Positions 54,964 to 64,000 of a stretch of DNA of 64,000 nucleotides are shown here, piece by piece. The notes under the pieces were generated by a model. It saw only the letters and a program-made list of their open reading frames with translations, did no database searches and was not told the DNA's origin. This DNA is from Eledone cirrhosa (taxonomy: Eukaryota): positions 69,626,001-69,690,000 of the forward strand of contig OZ024743.1 of the NCBI GenBank assembly GCA_964016885.1, written 5' to 3'. Positions within the stretch are counted from its first letter, which is position 1. The number at the start of each line of letters is the position of its first letter. The translations under genes and the position numbers were made by a program.

Positions 54964-57900
54964 CTACAGGCTGATATAGAGAGAAGGCCCATTCACTCGG
55001 GCCATTCTCGCCACTTTCACCCACCTTTCATAAAACTTGCTGGGGTACAGCACCTCTCTCTCCATCCTGATTCTTCTTCCAAAGTGGTATTTGAAAAAAA
55101 TAATCAGTTGTTGGTCGGAGAGAAAGGTGTCTGACCTCAGGCCTTTCAACCTTGTCTACCATACAACCTCTTTCGCCATAGCTATCACACAAAGGAAAAC
55201 CGCCACTCCTTCGTTGTTGAAGGAGGGTGGCGGTTTGATCATGACAATGGACTCGGTGGTCAACCGGATTGGTCCCACCCGCGACAATAGTCGTTCTACA
55301 TAGCCCCACAGGTCAGTGACGCCCGGGCTGTGTATGAATGCGTGCGCGACGGTTTCTTCGTTACGCACGCACCTCGGACAGTTTTTTTTTGCAGGGTCCC
55401 TGCCCGGGCGCCCATGTCTGTAGAGCTTGTCTCGAACTGGTAGAGCTCCTCGGTAGCACTGCCAGGCCAGGGACTTTTGGAAGTATTTCATCGGTCCCGG
55501 GCGGAAGGTCCTACCGAACAGACTGGCCAGTTCATCTTCCTCTACTCCTAGAGTTTCACCGAGCGCGTCGTCGCATTTACTGCGGATCAACCCTCTATAG
55601 AATGACGAAGTGGAGTCTCCACTGATCGCCGGGTCCGCCTGCCAGAGGGCTGTGAGCGCCTGAGCACATTCGATGTGCCAGTCGCCCATTTTCCTCGGTC
55701 TTTGCTTGACCCAGGACTGCAGCTCGGTCAGCGAGACGAGTCGTGGGAAGGCTCGCCTCACGAACGGGGCCCACACCGGTTGTCCGGTGAGGAATACGTA
55801 GAGATGCCGCAGCCTGAGCGCGTGTTTGCGCATCGTAAACCACGGCATCCCCAGCCCTCCGTTAAAAGGGTGTTGGCAACAGATGGATCTTCTCACTAAA
55901 CGAGCCCGCCTCTTCCAAAGGAATCGGAAGAGCGCGCGTTCCATTTTGGCGAGCGTTTTAGCTGGACAAGGCACGACGGTCAAGCGGTAGTAGATGACGG
56001 ACCCTATAAAAGTGTTCGCCACCTCTGCTCGACCTTTCAAGGATAGTTTGCACTCGGCCCACTTCTGGGTGAGTGCAAACACCTTGGCCGTCACTTCGTT
56101 CCAGTTCTTCTCCACCTGGAAGTCCGGACCAAACCAGACCCCGAGCAGCTTTACCGGTCCTTTCGTCCAGCGTCCGACGACGCCATCGGAATGCATCGGT
56201 TTGCCTCTCCACGATCTGAGTTGCAACCCGATGGACTTGTCCCGGTTCAGCTTCGCTCCTGTGAAACTTTCGTATTCCTTCAGTAAAGTGCCGACTTCCT
56301 CGATTTGCGAGGCGCTCGACACCATTACTGTCACGTCGTCGGCGTAGGCCGACGCCGCTTTCCGCAGTCCCGGTTCCAGAGGGATGCCCTGCAATCGCTC
56401 CAACTTCCGCAGTAGTGGCTCAAGAGTCAGTACGTAAAGAAGGGAGGAGAGAGGGCATCCCTGTCGAATGGATCGCGTAATATGGAATGGCTCCGAGAGG
56501 TAACCGTTCACCTTGACCCTTGAGCAGATGTTGCTGTTGTGCATTGCAGCAATCCTGCCCCTGAACACGGGTCCGAAGCCTGCCGCCTCGAGCACCGCAT
56601 CCAGGTAACGATGGTCAACCCTATCGAAAGCCTTAGACTGATCCAAGTTGATCAGGGCCCCACGGAAGCCGGGTTTACACCCTACCCTCTCTATGATGTA
56701 TCGCATGAGGTGGAGGTTGTCGTGTATGGACCTGGTCGGGATTGCGCATGTCTGCGCTTCTCCCATCAGGTTCTCGACGACAAGCGCCAGCCTCTTTGCC
56801 AACACCTTGGCCAAAATCTGTAACTCTGTGTTTAGCAGAGTTATGGGCCGGAAGTTGCCTATGTCATCCCCCTTATTCTCGTCCTTCCTGATTAGTGTGA
56901 CCACGCCCCCGGTTACAGAACTGGGAATTCTCCCGTTCTGTTGCCAGTTGCAGTAGACCGCTTCCAGGAGACCGGAGAATAAGTCCGTCATTGCTACGTA
57001 AAATTCGTAGGGTAGACCGTCGAGACCTGGAGATTTGCGTTTGCCGCATTGGCTCAGCGCGGCACCTATCTCAGCGGCTGAAATCGGCTTTTCGCAGAAC
57101 TTTGCCTCGCTGTCGGAGAGTCATGGTAGGCCGTCGAGGTATGGACCGTTATCCATAGCCTCTCCCGGCGCGCCGCCCCTCCCGAACAGTTGAGAAAAGT
57201 GCCGCTGAAAATCCGCACACATCTGCTTCGACTCACGTATCACGCGTCCGTTTTGGTCCTTCAAAGACCGAATCGTGGACTTGTTGCCACTTTTTGCCTC
57301 CGTCACTCGGGCCCAGCTAACAGCTTTGGCTCCCTCGTTTCCCAGAGCACGTATTTTGCTTCTGACAACGCAGCCCTCGTGCTTTGCGTCGAAGAACTGG
57401 TCCAAGACCGTTCTCGTTGCTAGCACGCTGGCTACGTTGCCACTTCTAATTGCCTCTTCTACTTTATCTACCAGTTCCTTCTCGTTTCTATTTCTATCTA
57501 AAGCTAATTCTTTACTAAAAACTATCGAGTCTAATCTAACTGCCCTCTTGAGAGAGTACCACCATCTGTTGTTGACAATGGCCCCTGTCAAGTGCTGTTT
57601 AACTAATGTGCTATTCCGTCTACTGTAGGCTTTGCTTGTCCGTAACGACAAGTTTAGCTTCCAGTAGCCGGGTCCTTGTCTATGGGTTCTATCAAGGTTG
57701 GCCATGCAGGTCACTAGTTTGTGATCTGAATAGGCAACCATGACCGTTTGTGGACAGCTTAACATGTCCCTATCCTTATTTCTAACTAGAACCCTATCTA
57801 GGTACGATCTAGATATTCCGCTACGATTACTCCACGTCCACAGTGGCGCAGTCGGAAAATCTAGTCGATATCTATCGGCCAGGTCAAATCGGTCGATTAA

Positions 57901-58392
57901 CTGTTTGAGGCTGTTACACCCCCTTTTATCGGGACATGCTCCCACATAGTCCCAACGTGCATCTAGGATTCCATTCCAGTCCCCCACTAAAAGCAAGGAG
58001 CGGGACGTTCCCAGAAAAGTCTCTAGACGTTTGAAGAAGTCTGGCCGCGGTGTCCCAGATGGGGCATATGCGGCCACCAGCCTGAAGGCTCCACCTTCAC
58101 TACCGTCAACGTCTAGGACCACCAGTCGACCCTCCGGGTCCAGATGTATCGTCTGTGTTACGAGGCCCAGGTGTTTCCGCAGCAAAATTGCAACTCCGCC
58201 CCCACCCCCCGGTTGACAGAGAGATGCGTAGATCTCAAAGTCATCGAAGATTGGGGCCAGCTGTCGCTCGCTGTGGATCCTGGGCTCGCAAATGGCTACC
58301 ACATCCATACTGTGGTCGTTTAAGAGTTTGCCCTGTTTCCTGGGCATCCCCAGGCCGCGTACGTTCACACATCCAACTCTTATATTGGCCAT
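54964..58392 (-). pseudogene. LINE ORF2 (APE endonuclease + RT + C-terminal Zn finger) with two in-frame nonsense mutations
   Basis: NVRGL, GDWN, YLDR, SDH; FRPITLLN, LDQSKAFDRVDH, QGCPLS, YADD; CPRC...ET..H. Stops at 57121-57123 and 55156-55158 stay in frame relative to copy 2. Confidence 0.95.
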
Positions 58393-58425
58393 GTTGGTGC
58401 TGAAAAGTTAAAAGAGGAAAAGAGA

Positions 58426-60225
58426 TCAGTCACCCTTCGTCTCCTGGGGACAAGGCCGCACGATTTCCATGGGGGTGTTGGAGGGGTTGTCTGGATGGGT
58501 GGTGGTTTCCGGCGGGGTGGGGACGGAGATGTTTAGTGGAGTAGGGTCTGGTGGTATGGGGGTGTCTGGGGTGGGGAGACATTTGAGAAGGACGCGGTTG
58601 AGTGGTTTCACGCAGGAATTCCCCACATCCTTCTCAAATGTTTCTTTTAGGGACCTATAAGTTTGTATAGGAACCCTAATCAGTTTTAGGTTCAGTTTTT
58701 TGCTATTTTTAATAGAGTGGGCGAAAGTTTTCCCTTCGGTGAAAACCGAAGGGTCGTTCGTGATGGTCTCCATTAGTGTTTTGTTTTCAGTGTTTATGTA
58801 AATGTAAGTGTAATTTTCTTGTGTTGTGTTTGTTTTTGTCTGTAGTTCTTGTGTGTGCTTTCGTTTTGTTGTAGGTATTTTGTTTTCAGGAGGTGGGAGT
58901 TTTGTTTGTGATGTTGTTGGTGGTTGTATGTTTGTGGTAGTGTTTGCTGGTTTTTTGCTTTTGTGATGTCTTTTCTTTCTTTTCGATCGATGGAGTTCTC
59001 CCTCGTCTTCACTGGGTGATGGCGAGATAGCCTCATCTGTTGTATCGTCTGTGTGATTGGGGAGGGGTATGTCTTGGGGAGCTGTTGTGTCTGTATGTGA
59101 TTTTGAAGTGGTTTTAGGTGGAGTGGGGTTTGGTGGGACTGTGTTTGTTGTGGTTATTTGTGTGTGTTGGTGTTGTTGTTGTTGTGGTGGTGTTGGTGGT
59201 TGTGTTGTTTTGATGGGTGTCGGCAGAAGAGCCTTTTTTTATTCATTAATTTAGGACAGGAAGCCCTCAGGTGACCCCTGCTAAAGCAATGGTAACATGA
59301 AGGCCGCCTACCCTCAACCGAAAAGTTTATGTAGGTGAGTCCGTCTAGGAGTACACGTTGTGGGATCATAGCTATTCGCTCTGGGCTCATTTGCACCAGA
59401 ATTTCAATGCTAGTCCCATTGAATACATCTCTGGGGGACTTTCCTACTGACAGTATTCTGTCTTCATCAAAATTGATGAAGCCGCACAGTATCCACCATA
59501 TATTCACCTTTGGTGTGACACTCGTGATTCTGATCTTTTGTGTCCTTTTTCCCATGTATGTAGGGAAAAAGGTGTACAGGTTGGATACAATTGGCGACAC
59601 AGAGTAATTTTGGGCCGTCAATTGATCCTTCATGAGTACCGAAATACTCCCAAAAAGTTTGCTTCTTTGAATGAATGCAATATCATTCATTGAATTTTTG
59701 AAAACCAGTTCAATTTCTTTCTGTGACAATTGGACTGGTTTTCGGGTAGAATTGGAAACTGTCCTAAAAACTATCGTTTTGGGAGCAGTTTCCTTGCAAA
59801 TTTTTACCGGAGAATTGATGCTGAAAGCACCATTTTTTTCGAAAGTGACATATCTCCTAGCGTCCTTTAAAAGTTGTTCAGCATTTGTTATGTCGAGATA
59901 TATCAGTTCCTCCTTTTTTTGAACTTTCTCTGCAAAGGAGATTTTTGGTTTGTTTGTGGAATCCGTGTTGGTGGTGTTGTCATTATTGTTGTTATTGTTG
60001 TTGTTATTCTTGTTGTCACCGATGTTGATATTATTCGTATTTTCCCTGGTGTTGTTGTTGTCTTTGATGCTGGTGTTATTGGTGTTGTCTTTATTTTTTT
60101 CTTTGTTGTTGTTATCATTGTTGCTTTTGCATCATTATTGGTGTTTTGTTGTCATTGAACTGTTTGGTGTCATTTGTGTTGTTTGGATATGAATTCGTTT
60201 TTACATTTTCATTTCGTCTTTCCAT
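58426..60225 (-). pseudogene. LINE ORF1 (RRM-like region + CCHC zinc knuckle), frameshifted
   Basis: Segment 59154..59729 has EGRRPSCYHCFSRGHLRASCP. The final segment ends at 58426, just upstream of the ORF2 ATG (58392). The start position is approximate. Confidence 0.75.
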
Positions 60226-60551
60226 CTCTATAGTATCTAGTTAAGAAGACGTTGTTGACTGCGAGCATTGTAGTCTTACCGCCTCTCCACCACCATTATC
60301 GTTGGACGCAGCGTTCATAACGTAATCAAACTTTTACAATATTTTTTCCAAGATTCGATGGAGAAAAATTTTTCAAATGGATATTTCGCTCCTGTCGGGG
60401 CAAAAATGAGTTGACCCACCACCTGAAAGTCCAGGGGGGGGGGTCAAGTTACACAATAATATAAAATTTAACTAAAAACTCTTTGCTTACATAAATAAAC
60501 TCTTTGCTTACATAAATTAACGGAAACTTCTCCGCGAAGTTACACACGTCT

Positions 60552-63500
60552 GATAGATAGATAGATAGATAGATATGTTTCTTTTATTTGCCACTAGGGC
60601 ATCAAAAGTGGGACAAGTACAAAGGGGGGAGTTTACACAAAAAGGCGTCCTCAATAAGGAGGAGGCAATAACAAAATATAAAAATAAGATAAGATATAAC
60701 AAAAAATAAAATTTATAACAAAATCCTCAATAGAGAGGAGGCGCCTTGGGGGGTCGCACACACCCCCGAAAAAAGTGTGCAACCCTTCTCCTCAGGAGCA
60801 CAGAGAAGGGGTGCTCCCTTGGTCTTTCATCTTCCTCACCTATAGTCTGATGTAGAGTGAAGGCCCATTCACACGGGCCATCCTCGCCACTTTCACCCAT
60901 CTTTCATAGAAACGGCTGGGGTGCAGCACCTCTCTCTCCATCCTGATCCTTCTTCCGAAATGATATCGGAAGAAACGGACCAGTTGTTGGCCAGAGAGAA
61001 AGGTGCCTGACCTCAGTCCTTTCAGACGCGTCCACCATACAACCTCTTTCGCCATGGCTATTACGCACAGAAACACCGCCTCTGCTTCATCTTTGAAGGG
61101 GGGAGGCGGCTTGATCATTACAATAGACTCGGTGGTCAACCGGATCGGTCCCACCCTTGACAGCAGTTGTTCGACATAGCCCCACAGATCGGCTACGCCC
61201 GAGCCGTGTACCAATGCGTGTGCAACGGTTTCCTCGTCGCACACGCATCTGGGACAGATCTTTTTGGCGGGGTCCCTACCCGGGCGCCCGTGTCTGTAGA
61301 GCCTTTCTCGAACGGGTAAAGCCCCTCGGTAGCACTGCCAGGCCAGGGACTTCTGGAAGTTGTCCATAGGTCCCGAGCTGAATGTCCTACCGAACAGGCT
61401 GGCCAGTTCGTCCTCCTCCATGTCTAGGGCTTCTCCGAGGGCGTCGTCGCACCTGCTGCGTACCAGCCCTCTATAGAATGTTGCGGTGGAGTCTCCACTG
61501 ATAACCGGATCCGCCTGCCAGAGAGCGGTGAGCGCCTGGGCACACTCAGTGTGCCAGGCGCCCAGTTTTCTCGGTCTTTGCTTGACCCAGGATTGCAGCT
61601 CGGTGAGTGAGACGAGTCTGGGAAAGGTTCGTCTCACAAACGAGGCCCACACCGGTTGTCCGGTAAGGAATACGTAGAGGTGCCGTAGCCTTAATGCGTG
61701 TTTACGCATCATTAGCCACGGCATCCCCAGCCCTCCTTTCGAAGGGTGTTGACAGCAGATGGATCTCCTCACCATAGGAGCCCGCCTCTTCCAAAGGAAT
61801 TGGAAGAGCGCGAGCTCCATCTTGGTGAGGGTTTCCCTTGGGCAGGGCACTACGGTCAGGCGGTAGTAGATGACGGACGCTATGTAGGTGTTCGCCACCT
61901 CCGCCCGACCTTTCAGGGATAGTTTGCAACTGGCCCACTTCTGGGTCAGTGAAAACACCCTGTTCGTAACCTCCGCCCAGTTTTTCTCCACCTGGAGGTC
62001 CGGTCCGAACCAGACCCCGAGCAACTTCACCGGGCCCTCCGTCCAGCGTCCGACGACGCCATCGGAGGGCATCGGTCTGCCCCTCCACGTGCCGAGTTGC
62101 AAACCGATCGACTTGTCCCGGTTCAGCTTAGCCCCTGTGAACTTTTCGTACTCCTCCAGTAAGGTGCCGACCGCCTCGATTTCGGAGGCTGTCGACACCA
62201 TTACTGTCATGTCATTGGCGTAGGCCGACACCGCTTTCCGCAATCCCGGTTCTAAAGGGATGCCCTGCAACAACTCCAACTTCCGCAGTAGTGGCTCGAG
62301 AGTCAACACATACAGAAGGGAGGAGAGAGGGCACCCTTGTCGGATGGACCGCGCGATTTTGAACGGCTCCGAGAGGTAGCCGTTCACCTTGACCCTAGAG
62401 CAGATGCGGCTGCTGTGCATAGCAGTGATCCAGCCCCTGAAAACGGGTCCGAAGCCTGCCGCCGCTAGCACCGCATCCAGGTAACCATGGTCGACCCTAT
62501 CGAACGCCTTAGATTGATCCAAGTTGATCAGAGCCCCACCAAAGCCGGGTTCGTTCCCAACCCTCTCTATGATGTATCGCATGAGGTGGAGGTTGTCATG
62601 GATGGACCTGGACGGGATAGCGCATGTCTGCGCATCTCCCACCAGGTTGCCCACGACAAGCGCCAACTTCTTTGCTAGCACCTTGGCCAAAATCTGTAAC
62701 TCTGTATTTAGCAGAGTTATGGGCCTGAAGTTACTTATTTCGTCCCCCTTGTTCCTATCCTTCCTCACTAGCGTGACTACGCCCTTGGTCACAGTACAGG
62801 GAATTCTCCCGTTCTGTTGCCAGTTGCAGTAGACCGCCTCGAGGAGATCGGGGAACAAGTCCGGCATAGCTAGATATAATTCGTAAGGAAGACCATCGAG
62901 ACCCGGGGATTTGCGTTTGCCGCATTGGCTCAGCACGTCCTCTATCTCAGCCGCCGAAATCGGCTCCTCGCAGGACTTCGCCTCCCTGTCCGAGAGGCGC
63001 GGCAGGCCGTCGAGGTATGGACCGAAGTCCACGTTCCCAACCGGCTCCCCGCCCCTCCCGAACAGTCGGGCAAAGTGCCTTTGAAAGGCCTCACACATCT
63101 GCTTAGGCTCAAGAATCGCCCATCCATCCAGGTCTCGCAAAGACCGGATGGAGGATTTAGTTCCACTGTTGGCCTCTGTCACGCGGGCCCAGCTAACAGC
63201 TTTGGTCCCCTCGTTCCCTAGAGCACGTATTTTACTTCGGACAACGCAGCCTTCGTGCTTCGCGTCGAAAAACTGGCTCAAAGCCGTTCTCGACGCTAGC
63301 ACTCTGGCCACGTCGCCGCTTCTAATTGCCTCTTCTACTCTATCTATTAGCTCCCTTTCCTTCCTATTCCTATCCGCAGCTAGAACCTTACTAAATTCTA
63401 TCGAGACTACTCTAATCTCTCTCTTTAGAGATACCCACCACCTGCTGTTGACGATCGCTCCAGTCAACCGTTCCTTAACTAACGTACTAATCCGATTCCT

Positions 63501-64000
63501 GTAGGCTCTACTTGCCGGCAAGGACAAGTTGAGCTTCCAGTAACCGGGGCCCTGTCTATGAGTTCTGTCAAGGTTGACCATGCAGGTCACTAATTTGTGG
63601 TCTGAATAGCCAACCATGCGCATTTTTGGACAACTTAAAAAGTCCTTATCCTTAATTCTAACTAAGAACCTATCTAGGTACGACCTAGATGATCCGCTAC
63701 GATTTGCCCAAGTCCAGGTTGGCGCAGTCGGAAAATCTAGTCGATATCTATCGGCCAGGTCAAATCGACCGATTAACCCTTTGAGGCTATTACACCCCTC
63801 TCTATCGGGGCAGGCCCCTACGTAGTCCCAGCGTGCATCTAGAATACCATTCCAGTGCCCCACTAATAGCAAGGAGCGGGACGTCCCTAGAAAAGTCTCC
63901 AGACGATGGAAGAAGTCCGGCCGCATTGACCCGAAAGGGCCGTAGGCGGCTACCAACCTAAACGCTCTGCCTTTACCACTGCCAAGGTCCAGAACCACTA
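60552..64000 (-). mobile_element. L1/Tx1-type LINE (copy 2, related subfamily), extends past the window end
   Basis: Collinear with copy 1; 3' UTR with AATAAA and a (TATC)n tail at 60552-60575. Confidence 0.92.
60840..63998 (-). CDS. LINE ORF2 (APE + RT), open over 1052 codons but with altered catalytic residues
   Basis: Same motifs as copy 1, but RT YADD is YAND and the endonuclease GDWN is GHWN. Confidence 0.93.
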   Translation of the reverse strand: MVLDLGSGKGRAFRLVAAYGPFGSMRPDFFHRLETFLGTSRSLLLVGHWNGILDARWDYVGACPDREGCNSLKGLIGRFDLADRYRLDFPTAPTWTWANRSGSSRSYLDRFLVRIKDKDFLSCPKMRMVGYSDHKLVTCMVNLDRTHRQGPGYWKLNLSLPASRAYRNRISTLVKERLTGAIVNSRWWVSLKREIRVVSIEFSKVLAADRNRKERELIDRVEEAIRSGDVARVLASRTALSQFFDAKHEGCVVRSKIRALGNEGTKAVSWARVTEANSGTKSSIRSLRDLDGWAILEPKQMCEAFQRHFARLFGRGGEPVGNVDFGPYLDGLPRLSDREAKSCEEPISAAEIEDVLSQCGKRKSPGLDGLPYELYLAMPDLFPDLLEAVYCNWQQNGRIPCTVTKGVVTLVRKDRNKGDEISNFRPITLLNTELQILAKVLAKKLALVVGNLVGDAQTCAIPSRSIHDNLHLMRYIIERVGNEPGFGGALINLDQSKAFDRVDHGYLDAVLAAAGFGPVFRGWITAMHSSRICSRVKVNGYLSEPFKIARSIRQGCPLSSLLYVLTLEPLLRKLELLQGIPLEPGLRKAVSAYANDMTVMVSTASEIEAVGTLLEEYEKFTGAKLNRDKSIGLQLGTWRGRPMPSDGVVGRWTEGPVKLLGVWFGPDLQVEKNWAEVTNRVFSLTQKWASCKLSLKGRAEVANTYIASVIYYRLTVVPCPRETLTKMELALFQFLWKRRAPMVRRSICCQHPSKGGLGMPWLMMRKHALRLRHLYVFLTGQPVWASFVRRTFPRLVSLTELQSWVKQRPRKLGAWHTECAQALTALWQADPVISGDSTATFYRGLVRSRCDDALGEALDMEEDELASLFGRTFSSGPMDNFQKSLAWQCYRGALPVRERLYRHGRPGRDPAKKICPRCVCDEETVAHALVHGSGVADLWGYVEQLLSRVGPIRLTTESIVMIKPPPPFKDEAEAVFLCVIAMAKEVVWWTRLKGLRSGTFLSGQQLVRFFRYHFGRRIRMEREVLHPSRFYERWVKVARMARVNGPSLYIRL

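Larger units (their letters stand above)
54721..60551 (-). mobile_element. Apparently full-length L1/Tx1-type LINE (copy 1), inactivated
   Basis: 5' end CAGACGTGTG abuts the (CTAT)n tail of copy 2. Contains ORF1, ORF2, a 3' UTR with AATAAA (54731-54736) and a tail running into TATC/(TC)n. Confidence 0.9.

Overview
Gene-free, very repeat-rich eukaryotic DNA. The SINE families and the dense (TA)n/(CA)n/(CAC,CAT)n arrays suggest a cephalopod (Octopus-like) genome, which is an inference. No host protein-coding exon could be supported, and most listed ORFs are microsatellite artefacts. Real coding content is all transposon-derived: a 5'-truncated Naiad-type Penelope-like element (RT + GIY-YIG, 36-38.6 kb) with inverted pseudo-LTRs, a second Penelope GIY-YIG fragment, two head-to-tail L1/Tx1-type LINEs (54.7-64 kb), RTE and CRE LINE remnants, mariner remnants and many tRNA-derived SINE copies. 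The most notable hidden signal is a set of type I hammerhead ribozyme (HHR) motifs, found by eye, in several distinct short non-coding elements that mostly sit inside (TA)n tracts. These include a 594-bp tandem retrozyme-like unit, two families with a U3:A8 core variant, and repeated fold-back inverted repeats whose axes fall in or beside the ribozyme. All structures were paired by hand; no folding software or database search was run.
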